Positions 37,673-48,913 are shown, counted from the first letter of the stretch. The stretch is 64,000 nucleotides of DNA from Bacteroidia bacterium (GCA_025059535.1 JANXCX010000006.1:10913-74912); one strand, 5' to 3'. Numbers and translations: made by a program. Notes: generated from the sequence alone by a model not told the origin.

Positions 37673-37962
37673 TGGCTATCTGGCGATGGGTAGAACTTCC
37701 TATCCAAGCTGAAAGCGCAGAGTTTGTGCAGGGCCTGCTGGCCCAGCACGCCCCCAAGGTACGCGCGTTTCCGGGCTGCCAGGCCCTCTATCTCTACGTC
37801 GGCGAAGGCCCTACCTTTTACTCCTTCAGCGAATGGGCTACCTCCACCGATTTAGAAGCTTACCGCCAGAGCCCACTCTTTCGGACTTTCTGGGCGCAGC
37901 TCCGACCGCATTTTCGGGCGCGCCCGCGCGCCTTTAGCCTCACCCTTCTTGCCCGCTACTGA
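37672..37962 (+). CDS. Antibiotic biosynthesis monooxygenase (ABM) family
   Basis: VRAFPGC..L.L, YS.W....LEAYRQS.LF. Confidence 0.85.
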   Translation: MAIWRWVELPIQAESAEFVQGLLAQHAPKVRAFPGCQALYLYVGEGPTFYSFSEWATSTDLEAYRQSPLFRTFWAQLRPHFRARPRAFSLTLLARY

Positions 37963-39053
37963 TGCCTTGGCGCCTCTACCGTCGGCCCATCTTAGCGAAC
38001 TACTACCTAACCTACCGCTGTAACGCCGCTTGCTCCTTCTGTAATATCTGGCAAAAGCCCTCGCCTTACGCCGATGTGCCTACGGTACTTGAAAACCTAC
38101 GCGCCCTTCGCCGGCTGGGCGTGCGGATTATTGACTTTACAGGGGGGGAGCCGCTCCTTCATAGAGCCCTTCCCCTTTTCTTAGAGGCGGCTCAGCGCTT
38201 AGGCTTTCTCACCACCGTAACAACTAATGGCCTTCTCTACCCCAAGCGGGCCCAGGAGCTCCGCGGCAAGATAGACCTCCTCCATTTCTCGCTGGATGCC
38301 GCCTCACCAGCAGTCCATAATACCTTACGCGGGGGCGTTCCCTGCTTTGAATTCATCCAGGAAAGCCTGAAAATAGCTCAAAGACTTGGTGAAAAGCCTG
38401 ATATCCTCTTCACCGTTTCTGACAAAAACTGGCAGGATATAGAGGAAGTCTATGCCAGATTTGTGCGGCCTTACGGGCTTATCCTGATACTCAATCCTAT
38501 TTTTGCTTATAGCGAGGTGGGTACAAATAGCCTTTCGCCTGAGGTGGTGGCGTTTCTTCGTCAGTGGGCGCGCAAGAAAGCCGATGTCTACCTCAACGAA
38601 GCCTTTCTGCGGCTGCGTGCGGCTGGCGGGAATAGCGCCTACCGGCCCGTATGCCGGGCCAGCTCCGTAGCCGTAGTAATTTCGCCGGATAATCAGCTGC
38701 TGCTTCCCTGCTACCACGCGCAGGAGCGTGGCTATGCCTTCCCTATAAATGGGCAGTTGGAAAAGCTATATTATAGCCCGCCCGTGCGGCACCTGCGGGC
38801 CTTAGAGGGGCGATTTAGCTTTTGCCAGGGGTGTGCTATCAATTGCTATATGGAGCCCAGCTTTGCGGTAGAGCTTAGCCCGTACTTTTGGGCTTCCCTA
38901 CCCAGTACGCTTCGGTATTTGCGCCGAAAATGGGGGCTTTCGGGCGTGCTACGACTTTGGTGGCGCGTAACTTTTCCGACTGGCTGGCCCTCAGCGGATA
39001 AGCTGGAAGCGCTCACCCAGGTAAACCCGCCGCACCTCGGGGTCCTGCGCTAG
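37962..39053 (+). CDS. Radical SAM protein with a C-terminal Cys cluster (SPASM/twitch-like)
   Basis: [19 protein letters not shown], distal C..PC and CQGCAINC. Confidence 0.9.
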   Translation: MPWRLYRRPILANYYLTYRCNAACSFCNIWQKPSPYADVPTVLENLRALRRLGVRIIDFTGGEPLLHRALPLFLEAAQRLGFLTTVTTNGLLYPKRAQELRGKIDLLHFSLDAASPAVHNTLRGGVPCFEFIQESLKIAQRLGEKPDILFTVSDKNWQDIEEVYARFVRPYGLILILNPIFAYSEVGTNSLSPEVVAFLRQWARKKADVYLNEAFLRLRAAGGNSAYRPVCRASSVAVVISPDNQLLLPCYHAQERGYAFPINGQLEKLYYSPPVRHLRALEGRFSFCQGCAINCYMEPSFAVELSPYFWASLPSTLRYLRRKWGLSGVLRLWWRVTFPTGWPSADKLEALTQVNPPHLGVLR

Positions 39054-39719
39054 AGCCTCGGCGGCCCCCTCTCGCAGGATCCGACCCCCATGGAGAAGGT
39101 AGGCTCGCTGCGTAATGCTTAGGGTCTCATGCACATTGTGGTCGGTGATAAGAATGCCTATGCCCCGTTGGGCCAGCCGCACAATAATCCCTTGTATCTC
39201 TTCTACCGCAATCGGATCTACACCTGCAAAGGGCTCATCCAGAAGCAGGAAACGCGGTTCTACGGCTAGGGCACGCGCAATTTCGGTTCGGCGGCGCTCT
39301 CCCCCCGAAAGCTGCTGGCCCAGTGAATGCCGAACCCGCTGCAGGCTAAACTCCTCCAAAAGCGCCTCTATGCGCTCCTGAATCTGCTTTCGGCTCAACC
39401 CCGGGCGCAGCTCAAGCACCGTACGCAAATTATCCTCTACACTCATGCGCCGAAATACCGAAGCCTCTTGGGGCAGGTAGCCAATGCCCATTTGGGCTCG
39501 CTTGTACATGGGCAAGTGAGTGAGGCGCGTCTCCCCCAAGTAAATCTCGCCCGCATCCGGCCGAATAAAGCCTACAATCATATAGAAGGTTGTAGTTTTT
39601 CCAGCGCCATTAGGGCCCAGCAGCCCCACAATCTCTCCCGGCGCCAGCTGAAGGGAGACGTGATCCACTACCTTACGCTTGCCGTAGGTTTTCTGGAGGT
39701 TTTCGGCGCGCAGAAGCAT
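38991..39719 (-). CDS. lptB: LPS export ABC transporter ATPase
   Basis: [44 protein letters not shown]. Confidence 0.96.
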   Translation of the reverse strand: MLLRAENLQKTYGKRKVVDHVSLQLAPGEIVGLLGPNGAGKTTTFYMIVGFIRPDAGEIYLGETRLTHLPMYKRAQMGIGYLPQEASVFRRMSVEDNLRTVLELRPGLSRKQIQERIEALLEEFSLQRVRHSLGQQLSGGERRRTEIARALAVEPRFLLLDEPFAGVDPIAVEEIQGIIVRLAQRGIGILITDHNVHETLSITQRAYLLHGGRILREGAAEALAQDPEVRRVYLGERFQLIR

Positions 39720-39765
39720 AGGCAAAAATAAGCGCCGAGGCCCTGGGGTAGGCTACCTTTGTAGC

Positions 39766-42582
39766 GTGGCACACCTCCTCATCCTGGGCAGCGGGCCTAT
39801 TGTAATCGGGCAGGCGGCGGAGTTTGACTATTCGGGCTCGCAGGCGGCCCGCGCCTTGCGCGCCGAGGGCTATACGGTTCATCTCCTCAATTCCAACCCT
39901 GCCACGATTATGACCGACCCTATTACGGCCGATTATGTGCATCTCCTTCCGCTCACGCCAGAGAGCGTGGAGACTATTCTTCAACGCTACCCTATAGAGG
40001 CGGTGCTCCCTACGATGGGCGGGCAGACAGCCCTCAATTTAGCCATGGAATGTGCCCGATTAGGTCTCTGGGAGCGGTACGGGGTGCGGGTAATAGGAGC
40101 CTCTCTGCTTGCCATAGAGATAGCCGAGGATAGGGAGAAGTTTCGGCGGTGGGGCGAAAGTTTGGGCCTTCCCATGCTGCCAGCCGGCGTAGCCCGCTCC
40201 TATTTAGAGGCTAAGGATTTAGCTCAGCGCATAGGGTATCCTGTAGTGCTGCGGCCCTCCTTTACTCTGGGCGGTGCTGGCGCCCAAATCGTCCACAACA
40301 AAAGCGAGCTGGAACGCGCCATCGGCCGCGCGCTGGCTCTCAGCCCCATCCATGAAGTACTTGTAGAAAAAAGCGTAGCTGGCTGGAAGGAATTTGAACT
40401 TGAAGTCATGCGCGATAAAGATGGCAACTTTATCGTGGTCTGTACCATAGAAAACCTTGATCCCATGGGCATCCATACAGGCGACTCCATTACGGTTGCG
40501 CCAGCGCTTACTCTCCCCGACTACCTCATGCAGCGCATGCGGAATTACGCCAAAAAGCTTTTGGGCTCTTTTTCGGATTTCGCCGGCGGCTGTAATGTGC
40601 AATTTGCCCTTAGCCCCCATTCGGATGAGCTGTGCGTGATAGAAATCAATCCGCGCGTGTCCCGCTCTTCGGCCCTGGCCTCCAAGGCTACAGGCTATCC
40701 TATTGCGCGTATTGCGGCCCTTTTAGCCGTAGGTAAGCGGCTGGATGAAATCACCAATCCCATCACGGGCACTACTTCGGCTTTCTTTGAGCCTAGTTTG
40801 GATTATGTAGTGGTCAAGGTGCCCCGTTGGAATTTTGACAAGTTTCCGGGAGCCAATCGCCAGCTTGGGATGCAAATGCGCAGCGTTGGCGAGGCGATGG
40901 GGATTGGCCGCTCCTTTATAGAGGCCTTGCAAAAGGCTATTCAGTCCTTAGAGCTGCGACGGAACGGACTGGGCGCCGATGGCCGCGAGGTACAGGACTT
41001 AGCTCAGCTGCTGCATAGCCTAGAGCATCCCTCCTGGCACCGCATATTCCATATCCACGACGCAATTTTAGCGGGCATTCCCCTACGCACCATCCACAAG
41101 CTCACGGGCATAGATGAATGGTTTCTCCATGAGATTCAGGCGCTGGTGGAGCTAGAGCGGGAGCTGAGCCAGCATACTTTGGAAACTCTTACACCAGACC
41201 TTCTCTGGAGAGCCAAACAAATGGGCTTGGGCGATCGCCAGATTGCCCATCTAGTCCAGGCCTTGGAAAGCCAGGTATATGCCCTACGGCAAAAATGGGG
41301 CATACGGCGGGTCTACAAGCGCGTGGACACCTGTGCGGCCGAGTTTGAAGCTCAAACGCCCTACTACTACTCTACCTTTGAGCCTCAGGGGGAGGATGAA
41401 GGGGTTACCTTTCCCGCGGTCCACGTAGGTAAGCCGCGCCTTCTTATCCTGGGCTCAGGCCCTAACCGAATCGGCCAAGGCATAGAATTTGACTATTGCT
41501 GCGTACATGGCGCCTTAGCCGCCCGGCAGCTAGGCTATGAAGCCCTCATGCTCAACTGCAACCCCGAAACCGTCTCCACCGACCCCGACATCTCAGACCG
41601 ACTCTACTTTGAGCCTGTCTTTTGGGAGCATGTGTATGAGGTGATAGAGCGCGAAAAGCCAATAGGCGTAGTAGTTCAGCTGGGTGGTCAGACCCCGCTC
41701 AAACTTGCCGAAAAGCTTCACCGGTACGGCATACCGCTCATCGGAACCTCATACGAAAGCATTGATATTTCGGAGGACCGGGGGAAGTTCTCGGAACTTT
41801 TACGGGATTTGGGCATTCCCTATCCGCCTTTTGGCGTAGTACGCAGCCCCGATGAAGCCTTAGCGCTGGCGGAAAAGCTCGGCTATCCCGTTTTAGTGCG
41901 CCCCAGCTATGTACTGGGTGGGCAGCACATGCGCATCGTGGTGGATGAGGAGGAGCTAGTAGAGCAAATCGTAGCCATCCTGCGCAATATGCCCGGCAAC
42001 CGCATTCTGATAGATCGCTTCCTATATGGGGCTATTGAGGCCGAGCTGGATGCCCTTTCGGACGGCGAAGCCATAGGCGTGATGGGGATTATGGAGCACA
42101 TTGAGCCGGTGGGGGTACATTCAGGCGACTCTACGGCGGTACTGCCCCCCTTCTCCCTTTCGCCCGAGAAGCAGGCCCTCATGCGCCACTATGCCGAACA
42201 AATCGCCCGGGCCCTGAATGTTAGGGGCTTTATAAATGTCCAGTATGCCATTCACGAGGAGACGGTCTACGTGATAGAAGCGAATCTGCGCGCCTCTCGC
42301 ACGGTACCTTTTCTCTGCAAGGCCCAAGATAAGCCTTTCGTCCAGTGGGCGATGGAAATCCTTCTGGGGCACAAGCGGATACGGGATTTCAATTTTCCCA
42401 GCTCGCGTCGCCGCTATGCGCTCAAGCTGCCTGTGTTTTCGTTTGACCGTTTCCCTGAAGTAGAGAAAACGCTAGGCCCTGAGATGCGCTCTACGGGGGA
42501 GGAGATCCGCTTCATAGAAGGGCTGGACGATCCGCTCTTTCAAAAGCTTTATGCGCAGCGCAGCCTTTACCTGAGCCGATAA
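39766..42582 (+). CDS. carB: Carbamoyl-phosphate synthase large subunit (no C-terminal MGS domain)
   Basis: GSGPIVIGQAAEFDYSG, NPRVSRSSALASKATG, GSGPNRIGQGIEFDY; TACCTTTG 4 nt before the GTG. Confidence 0.97.
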   Translation: MAHLLILGSGPIVIGQAAEFDYSGSQAARALRAEGYTVHLLNSNPATIMTDPITADYVHLLPLTPESVETILQRYPIEAVLPTMGGQTALNLAMECARLGLWERYGVRVIGASLLAIEIAEDREKFRRWGESLGLPMLPAGVARSYLEAKDLAQRIGYPVVLRPSFTLGGAGAQIVHNKSELERAIGRALALSPIHEVLVEKSVAGWKEFELEVMRDKDGNFIVVCTIENLDPMGIHTGDSITVAPALTLPDYLMQRMRNYAKKLLGSFSDFAGGCNVQFALSPHSDELCVIEINPRVSRSSALASKATGYPIARIAALLAVGKRLDEITNPITGTTSAFFEPSLDYVVVKVPRWNFDKFPGANRQLGMQMRSVGEAMGIGRSFIEALQKAIQSLELRRNGLGADGREVQDLAQLLHSLEHPSWHRIFHIHDAILAGIPLRTIHKLTGIDEWFLHEIQALVELERELSQHTLETLTPDLLWRAKQMGLGDRQIAHLVQALESQVYALRQKWGIRRVYKRVDTCAAEFEAQTPYYYSTFEPQGEDEGVTFPAVHVGKPRLLILGSGPNRIGQGIEFDYCCVHGALAARQLGYEALMLNCNPETVSTDPDISDRLYFEPVFWEHVYEVIEREKPIGVVVQLGGQTPLKLAEKLHRYGIPLIGTSYESIDISEDRGKFSELLRDLGIPYPPFGVVRSPDEALALAEKLGYPVLVRPSYVLGGQHMRIVVDEEELVEQIVAILRNMPGNRILIDRFLYGAIEAELDALSDGEAIGVMGIMEHIEPVGVHSGDSTAVLPPFSLSPEKQALMRHYAEQIARALNVRGFINVQYAIHEETVYVIEANLRASRTVPFLCKAQDKPFVQWAMEILLGHKRIRDFNFPSSRRRYALKLPVFSFDRFPEVEKTLGPEMRSTGEEIRFIEGLDDPLFQKLYAQRSLYLSR

Positions 42583-42588
42583 AAAACG

Positions 42589-43587
42589 CTATAGGTTCCA
42601 AGTGTGGATTATGAGTTGCCACCCGCGGGCAGCCCGCTGAAGCTCCTTAGCCGAGAGCGTGGGTATAGCGGTAGGTAGCTGGGGAATTTGCCAGAGGCAG
42701 GCCCACCACCCCGCAAGGAGAAAGTTTTCCGCCCGGTGAAGCCAAGTAAAGAAAGCCGGTAGGCGCTGGGGCGAAGGGCAAAAGGGGCGGCTGAGAAAAT
42801 CCTGGGCGGCTTGCTGGGTAGCGTACGGCAGCCCTGTTTCTATCCAGAGTTCTACACCTTTCATAAAGGGCACCCACTGCGCCTGGCAGGCTATTTGACG
42901 CTCGGCACAGAGATAGTGTAGGAGGGCGTCGGCCTGCTGCCATAAAGCTGCCCAAACCGCTAAAGAAGGAGAGCCGCTCAGCTGCCAGCGTATATAAACC
43001 ACCCCGGGCCCCTGATGAGCGGGCGAAGAAAGGGCAGGAGGTGGCTGCGGAGGCCAATACAGCTCTGAGACTCCGCCCGCTGCTATCTCCTGCGCCAAAT
43101 GCAAAAGCGGTGTAGGGATTTTTCCCCGCAGCACGCCTCTTACCCCTCCAGCTTGCCAGTAGCGTGTGAAGTACTGAGTGAGTGCCAGAGGCGATAAATC
43201 CACGGGCAAAGTATCCTCATAGGCTATTTGAAAGCCGCGGTTGAGTTCGGGCGGACTTTCTGCTATAGGTATAGCATTCTGCTGAAGGCGCTGGGGAAAG
43301 CGCTGAATAGCCCCGCGCAGGACATGGAAAAGAGTAAAAAGGCCTTCGGGGGTGGCTTCGCCTTCAAGGCAGACCCACTGGCCACGGCGCTGGAATCTAT
43401 ACCGCACCCCATGGGTATAGGCCACCTGGCGCAGGACCGAGTCCCCAAAAAGGCCCTCCACCACGGTGCGAGCTACGGCCTCCCCATGCCCATGCTCTAA
43501 AGGGTGAAAAAGAAGCCACTGAACATACCCCGTTTCTTGGGTATAGGCGCAGAGCGCTTGCGCCCACAGGCTTAGCAGCGAAAACAT
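42589..43587 (-). CDS. Hypothetical exported protein, possibly a degenerate M16-peptidase fold
   Basis: Long ORF coupled to the upstream gene; short signal ending WAQ; weak M16-like alpha/beta pattern. Confidence 0.45.
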   Translation of the reverse strand: MFSLLSLWAQALCAYTQETGYVQWLLFHPLEHGHGEAVARTVVEGLFGDSVLRQVAYTHGVRYRFQRRGQWVCLEGEATPEGLFTLFHVLRGAIQRFPQRLQQNAIPIAESPPELNRGFQIAYEDTLPVDLSPLALTQYFTRYWQAGGVRGVLRGKIPTPLLHLAQEIAAGGVSELYWPPQPPPALSSPAHQGPGVVYIRWQLSGSPSLAVWAALWQQADALLHYLCAERQIACQAQWVPFMKGVELWIETGLPYATQQAAQDFLSRPFCPSPQRLPAFFTWLHRAENFLLAGWWACLWQIPQLPTAIPTLSAKELQRAARGWQLIIHTWNL

Positions 43588-45017
43588 CGGAACCGAATGG
43601 CTTTTGGGGGAAAGCCCACAGGCAAAGGGCGGAGGTAGATCTCAAGGGCTTCAGGCGGAATCTGGTGGGTTCGGATAAGTTCCAGCCGAAGCTGGTGAAG
43701 GTACTCAGTAAGGCGCTTGCGCTCGCGCACCGTGCGATAATACGCGCTAAGTTCGCAGGGTCGGCGGCAGGGCGGCTTCCAAAAGAGTCGGAAAGCGGCC
43801 GCCCATTCCCCTAAAGGCGGTAGGCCAGGCCCTGTCCAGAGGAAATCGGGCACGGCTGCCGCAGGCGGACGCGCAGGAGGCGGCGTAGAGACCAACGTAT
43901 CTAAGGCTAAGGTTTCGTTCCCTATCCATACCCCGCGCGCCCTAAAGGGCCAGCCGTTCCGCCAGACCTGAGCGGGAAGGGTGTCCATGAGCCTCAACGT
44001 ATCCCCCATCAGCACCGGCGTAATCCAAAGATCCGGATATTCCTCAGGATGGGCGCACACCTTGCGAAAAAAGAGCTCAAACGCGGCCTGCCACGCCTGC
44101 GCCTCTAAGGAGTCTTGCGCCGTCAGCGTGCTCAGGCGACGAAGGAAGGCGTAACTGCGTCCATCTAAGCGCGCCTGAAGCAGCAGGTGCGTCCTATCCC
44201 TTAGATGCAGGGACCACTGGAGGGGGGGAGCCTCCCGCTGCCACCGGCTAAGAAAAGCCTCCCGAAACGCTAGCCGCTCCTTCCAATTCAGAGGCCCTTC
44301 CACGAGGAGCCCTACATAGCCCGGGTAAGCCCAGAGGTTTTGTATCAGCGTATCTGGGATGGGAGGCACAGCGAGGGAAGGAAGCGAGTCACTTACTGGC
44401 TTGAGAGGTATCTTCAACGGAAGGCGACCAATTTGGAATTTTTCCCGAAAGGATAAGCTACCTCCAAAAATAACATACAGGGATTCTGGGGCCAGGTAGC
44501 GCTGGATGTAAGCTAGTGCTTGCGGCCAGGCAAGGCTGGGCGGAAGGAGGGGGCTACCTCGCAAAAGCCATTCCACTTCTTGCTTCAAGGCGAAGCCGGT
44601 CCAGGCCTTGGCTGCCCGCTGACGCAGCCGTTGCCAGGCCAAGCTATCCTGAAGGGGAAGGGCCCGCAAGGCGGCATAAAGCCAGCTTACCGCTTCCACC
44701 GCCGCACGGCGCGGTACCGTCAGGCATACCGCTGCCCCTTCCGGCATACTCCAAAGGCTTAAATGCCCGCCCAGATTCCCAAGCTGGCGACGAAGCGCCG
44801 CTGAGGAAGGATTTAGCGTGTCCTCCTGCGCTACTAAGAAGGCTACGATTCGCCCCAGCTCCTGATACGCTGGAGGATGACGCCACGCCAAAGCTACCCA
44901 GAGCAAAGGGCGCTTACTACCCAGCTCAGGAAACGTAACTAAGCGCGGCTTTCCACTCTGTAGTTCAATAACCTGACCGTAAATAAGCCCTAAGAGCCCC
45001 CAGAGGGCGGTACCCAT
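43572..45017 (-). CDS. Hypothetical exported protein with an inactive M16 (insulinase)-like N-domain
   Basis: LRRQLGNLGGHLSLWS....VCLTVPRRAAVEAVSWL resembles the M16 N-domain; no HxxEH. Confidence 0.5.
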   Translation of the reverse strand: MGTALWGLLGLIYGQVIELQSGKPRLVTFPELGSKRPLLWVALAWRHPPAYQELGRIVAFLVAQEDTLNPSSAALRRQLGNLGGHLSLWSMPEGAAVCLTVPRRAAVEAVSWLYAALRALPLQDSLAWQRLRQRAAKAWTGFALKQEVEWLLRGSPLLPPSLAWPQALAYIQRYLAPESLYVIFGGSLSFREKFQIGRLPLKIPLKPVSDSLPSLAVPPIPDTLIQNLWAYPGYVGLLVEGPLNWKERLAFREAFLSRWQREAPPLQWSLHLRDRTHLLLQARLDGRSYAFLRRLSTLTAQDSLEAQAWQAAFELFFRKVCAHPEEYPDLWITPVLMGDTLRLMDTLPAQVWRNGWPFRARGVWIGNETLALDTLVSTPPPARPPAAAVPDFLWTGPGLPPLGEWAAAFRLFWKPPCRRPCELSAYYRTVRERKRLTEYLHQLRLELIRTHQIPPEALEIYLRPLPVGFPPKAIRFRCFRC

Positions 45018-46561
45018 GCCAGCTGAAGCTGAAGCCGACGACCATAACTGCGTTCAAAGAAGTCCTCCACTTCGGCATATATAGAGCTTAGAAAGCGCGC
45101 CGCACTGGCCTCGGTGGTATCTATGATAAGCTCTACCTGCTTGTCATTCCAACTGCACCGCACTCCGAGGGGATCATGGCGCAAATACTTTGCCAGTTGG
45201 TCGGCCAGGCGCACTAGTGGTGCCAAAAAGCCCACGAGTTTTTTCTGGGCCCGTGGGAGGGCAGCGTAATGGAAGTGTTCGGAGGAGGGAAGACTTTTGC
45301 GATGGTAGCGCACAAGGTTAGCCATAAGTAGCAGCTCCTCCTGCGTAAAGCCCGGCATGGGCGTATTGAGGAGGAGGTAGAGCCCATGTTTATGGTGGCC
45401 GCTGGGATTTATAAAATGGCCAATATCGTGGAGGTACGCCGCATAGGCTAGCCATTCTTTTTCCTGCTTACCCAGGTGGTGGAGGGGTGCCAGAAGGTCA
45501 AAAAGCCTCTCAGCCCAGCGACGCGTTTGCTGAGCATGGAGAAGGGAAAGCTGGTACTTTTGGGCCAAAGCGCTTATGGTACGCTCCCGAAGCGGCTGGG
45601 CGGTCAAACTTGGTAGGCTAAAAAGGCGTCCCGCATACTCATACACTAGCCCTTCCCGTAAGGCATACTCGCTAATCGTAATGGTCTGAATAGGAAAAAG
45701 CTGAAGCACTTCATAAACGAGCGCGGCACCATAGGGCATATAGGGGGCGCGTTCGGCCTGCATCCCCTTAAGCCGCACCCGCTCTATAAGCGGCAGCGTA
45801 GTAAGCTTCTGATAAATGGGATAAAAGCGCATGGGGCTAAAGCGATAGCCGTGCAAAGCCGGCTCACTGGAATCACCGTTGGCGCTATGAGCTATTAGAC
45901 GCCCCAAGGTCTTGAACGTGCCAGCTGTGCCAATAAGGTAACGCACCGGCACCGCTTTTATCGCCTCACGCAGCGGCTCTAAAGTAGTCCGAATGTACCG
46001 ATGCAGCGCCTGGAGCTGAGCGGGTGGAAGAGGATCGGGCTCAGGGAACTGGCGCTGAAGTACGCTTACCCCCAGCGGAAAGCTGTGAAGATAGAGGATT
46101 TCCCCTTTTTGGCCCCAAATGAATTCCACCGAGCCACCGCCGATGTCCATAACGAGGTAGGACTCCTCGGGTAAGGGCAATCCGTGCCGTACCCCTAAAT
46201 GAATGAGGCGCGCTTCTTCTACGCCCGAAAGGATGCGCACTTCTAGGCCCAGCTCGTGGCGGATAGTTTCTTGAAGTAACGCGGCATTCTGCGCAAGGCG
46301 GAAGGCCTCGGTCGCACAGGCTAAAAACACCTCCGCGCCATGTTGGCGAGCCTCTTCCACTAAAGACCGTAATACTTCCACGGCGCGCTGCATACCCGAA
46401 TCGGAAAAAGCTGGCGGCGAGCCTTCCAGCTCCCGCCCCAAAAAGACAAACTCTCGGCGGCGGCGCTCTAAATACACCTCCTGCTGCGCCATATCCAGCC
46501 GAGCCAGCAAAAGATGAAAGGAGTTCGTCCCTAAATCTAAAGCGGCGATACGCTTATGCAT
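44990..46561 (-). CDS. ppx: Ppx/GppA phosphatase with HD domain
   Basis: AALDLGTNSFHL, ATEA.R.A.N, MDIGGGSVE, ALREG, LHDIG. Confidence 0.93.
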   Translation of the reverse strand: MHKRIAALDLGTNSFHLLLARLDMAQQEVYLERRRREFVFLGRELEGSPPAFSDSGMQRAVEVLRSLVEEARQHGAEVFLACATEAFRLAQNAALLQETIRHELGLEVRILSGVEEARLIHLGVRHGLPLPEESYLVMDIGGGSVEFIWGQKGEILYLHSFPLGVSVLQRQFPEPDPLPPAQLQALHRYIRTTLEPLREAIKAVPVRYLIGTAGTFKTLGRLIAHSANGDSSEPALHGYRFSPMRFYPIYQKLTTLPLIERVRLKGMQAERAPYMPYGAALVYEVLQLFPIQTITISEYALREGLVYEYAGRLFSLPSLTAQPLRERTISALAQKYQLSLLHAQQTRRWAERLFDLLAPLHHLGKQEKEWLAYAAYLHDIGHFINPSGHHKHGLYLLLNTPMPGFTQEELLLMANLVRYHRKSLPSSEHFHYAALPRAQKKLVGFLAPLVRLADQLAKYLRHDPLGVRCSWNDKQVELIIDTTEASAARFLSSIYAEVEDFFERSYGRRLQLQLAWVPPSGGS

Positions 46562-47105
46562 GTTTGCCCTCCAAAAGAGCCTGAAGGTAAGCCAGGGCTT
46601 CAGGGGCTTCGTCAAAACGCAGCTCTTGGGTTATGCGCTGAATTTCCCGCCGCTCCTCCCCCGAAATAAGCTCGGCGGTGGTCTCTACGCCCGGCTCTGC
46701 CCGCCGCAAACGCAACAGTAGATTCTTGACAACATCCCCTGTACTGGCAGCCGCAGTCGCGTAAAGAAACTCCGCCTGCTCCTTGTACATCTCGGGATTC
46801 TCCTGAAGGAAGGCGTACAGCACTTCCATGAAGCGGCTCCGCCAAAAAGCCGCATCTATGGCGAGATAGCGAAGCTCCGCCCGCCAGTCCAGCTCTGTAG
46901 GCGAGACCGATTCGTGACGGCAAAGGAAAGCCACGATCTCATCCAGCCGATGCACCTCCGAAATGTCGGTGAAGCCATCCGCTTGGGCTACCAGCACAGC
47001 GGGAAATACGCGAAGAAGGATCTCAAACGCTTTCTGATCCATCTGCAGGCGACGCTCCCGCTGGTAGTCGCTCCATAAGGCGTCGCGCAGCTCAGCATAT
47101 CCCAT
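46554..47105 (-). CDS. Hypothetical protein, TerB-like
   Basis: LVAQADG..DISE and IS.EERREIQRI..EL motifs typical of the TerB fold. Confidence 0.55.
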   Translation of the reverse strand: MGYAELRDALWSDYQRERRLQMDQKAFEILLRVFPAVLVAQADGFTDISEVHRLDEIVAFLCRHESVSPTELDWRAELRYLAIDAAFWRSRFMEVLYAFLQENPEMYKEQAEFLYATAAASTGDVVKNLLLRLRRAEPGVETTAELISGEERREIQRITQELRFDEAPEALAYLQALLEGKHA

Positions 47106-47107
47106 GG

Positions 47108-48889
47108 CTAATCTAATTTCAATACAGCTATGAAGGCTTCCTGCGGCACCTCTACCGACCCCACTTGACGCATGCGCTTTTTGCCTTCTTTCTGGCGCTC
47201 TAGAAGTTTGCGCTTACGCGTGACATCACCGCCGTAGCACTTAGCCGTGACGTCCTTGCGCAGGGCCCGCAGGGTCTCCCGCGCAATTACCCGCCCATGA
47301 ATGGCCGCCTGAATCGCCACTTCAAACTGCTGGCGCGGAATAAGCTCCTTGAGCTTCTGGCACAGCCGCCGACCCCAATCATACGCCTTGTCCCGATGAA
47401 TAATGCAGCTTAAGGCATCCACCCGATCCCCATTTAGAAGAATATCCATCCGTACTAAGTCGCTCCGCCTGTAGCCAATCAGCTCATAATCCAGCGATGC
47501 ATAGCCGCGCGAGAGGGACTTGAGCCGATCGTAAAAGTCAAAAATGATTTCAGCCAAGGGCATCTCAAATACCAGCTCTACCCGATTAGAGGCCAGATAG
47601 GTCTGACTTTTGAAGATACCTCGCCGACCGATACACAGTTCCATCAGAGGACCTATGAAAGCGGCCTCCGTAATAATCTGGGCTCGCACATACGGCTCTT
47701 CTAAATGGTCTAGCTTGACGGGGTCGGGCAGCTGAGCCGGATTGATAACGACTACCTTTTCGCCGCTGCGCAGATAGGCGTGGTAAGGCACATTTGGCAC
47801 GGTAGCTACCACTTCCATTCCAAACTCACGAGCTAGGCGCTCCTGTACAATCTCCATATGCAGAAGCCCTAAAAAGCCCACCCGGAATCCCAACCCCAGC
47901 GCCGCCGACGTCTCAGGCTCAAATTGGATAGCTGCATCATTGAGCCGCAGCTTCTCTAAGGCCTCCCGCAGGTCTTCAAACTGGTCTGCCTGTACGGGAT
48001 AGAAACCCGCAAATACCATCGGCTTCATTTCTCGGAAGCCCTTGAGCGGCTCATGGGCCGGCCGTAAGGCGTCCGTAATCGTATCACCTACCTTGATTTC
48101 CTGAATGTTTTTTATGCCGGCAATCACATACCCTACCGAACCGCAGGGGATGAACGGCTGAGGCTGACGCTGCGGCCTGAATACGCCTACTTCTTCTACC
48201 ACATACTCAGCACCTGTAGCCATAAGCCTAATACGCATGCCTGGCCGCAAAACCCCTTCCTTGACCCGCACATACGCTATAGCCCCACGATAGGCATCAA
48301 ACTGCGAGTCAAAAATAAGCGCCCGCAGGCTCTCCTGGGATTTATCCTGCGGCGGGGGAATGCGCGTCAAAATCGCCTTTAGAATCTCTTCAATGCCTAT
48401 CCCCATCTTAGCGCTAGCGTAGATTACCTCTTCCGGACGGCACCCCAAAAGTTCTACCAAATGCTCGCGCACCGCCTCGGGACGCGCCGCCGGCAAATCA
48501 ATCTTATTGACCACGGGAATAATCTCCAAATCCTGCTCAATAGCCAGATAGAGGTTAGCTAAGGTTTGGGCTTGTACGCCCTGAGTGGCATCTACGACCA
48601 AAAGCGCCCCTTCACAGGCCGCAATAGCCCGCGACACCTCGTAGGAAAAATCTACATGGCCAGGCGTATCTATGAGATTCAAGGTGTAGCCTTGATAGTG
48701 CATTTGGACCGGGTGGCTTTTGATGGTAATGCCCTTCTCCCGTTCTAAATCCATGCTATCCAGTACTTGGTCCATCATCTGGCGCGGGGGGATCGTAGCC
48801 GTAGCCTCCAATAGCCGATCGGCTAAGGTGCTTTTGCCATGGTCTATATGAGCAATAATGCAGAAATTCCGAATGGTCTCCGTGCCCAT
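47108..48889 (-). CDS. lepA: Elongation factor 4
   Basis: [39 protein letters not shown]. Confidence 0.98.
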   Translation of the reverse strand: MGTETIRNFCIIAHIDHGKSTLADRLLEATATIPPRQMMDQVLDSMDLEREKGITIKSHPVQMHYQGYTLNLIDTPGHVDFSYEVSRAIAACEGALLVVDATQGVQAQTLANLYLAIEQDLEIIPVVNKIDLPAARPEAVREHLVELLGCRPEEVIYASAKMGIGIEEILKAILTRIPPPQDKSQESLRALIFDSQFDAYRGAIAYVRVKEGVLRPGMRIRLMATGAEYVVEEVGVFRPQRQPQPFIPCGSVGYVIAGIKNIQEIKVGDTITDALRPAHEPLKGFREMKPMVFAGFYPVQADQFEDLREALEKLRLNDAAIQFEPETSAALGLGFRVGFLGLLHMEIVQERLAREFGMEVVATVPNVPYHAYLRSGEKVVVINPAQLPDPVKLDHLEEPYVRAQIITEAAFIGPLMELCIGRRGIFKSQTYLASNRVELVFEMPLAEIIFDFYDRLKSLSRGYASLDYELIGYRRSDLVRMDILLNGDRVDALSCIIHRDKAYDWGRRLCQKLKELIPRQQFEVAIQAAIHGRVIARETLRALRKDVTAKCYGGDVTRKRKLLERQKEGKKRMRQVGSVEVPQEAFIAVLKLD

Positions 48890-48913
48890 GAGTCAAGCAA
48901 AGATAAGGATAGG

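Noticed and set aside
39766-42582. carB is about 130 aa short (no MGS domain) and has no adjacent carA
   Set aside because: Intact ORF with a clean stop; short stand-alone CarB forms are familiar in Bacteroidota, so not a pseudogene
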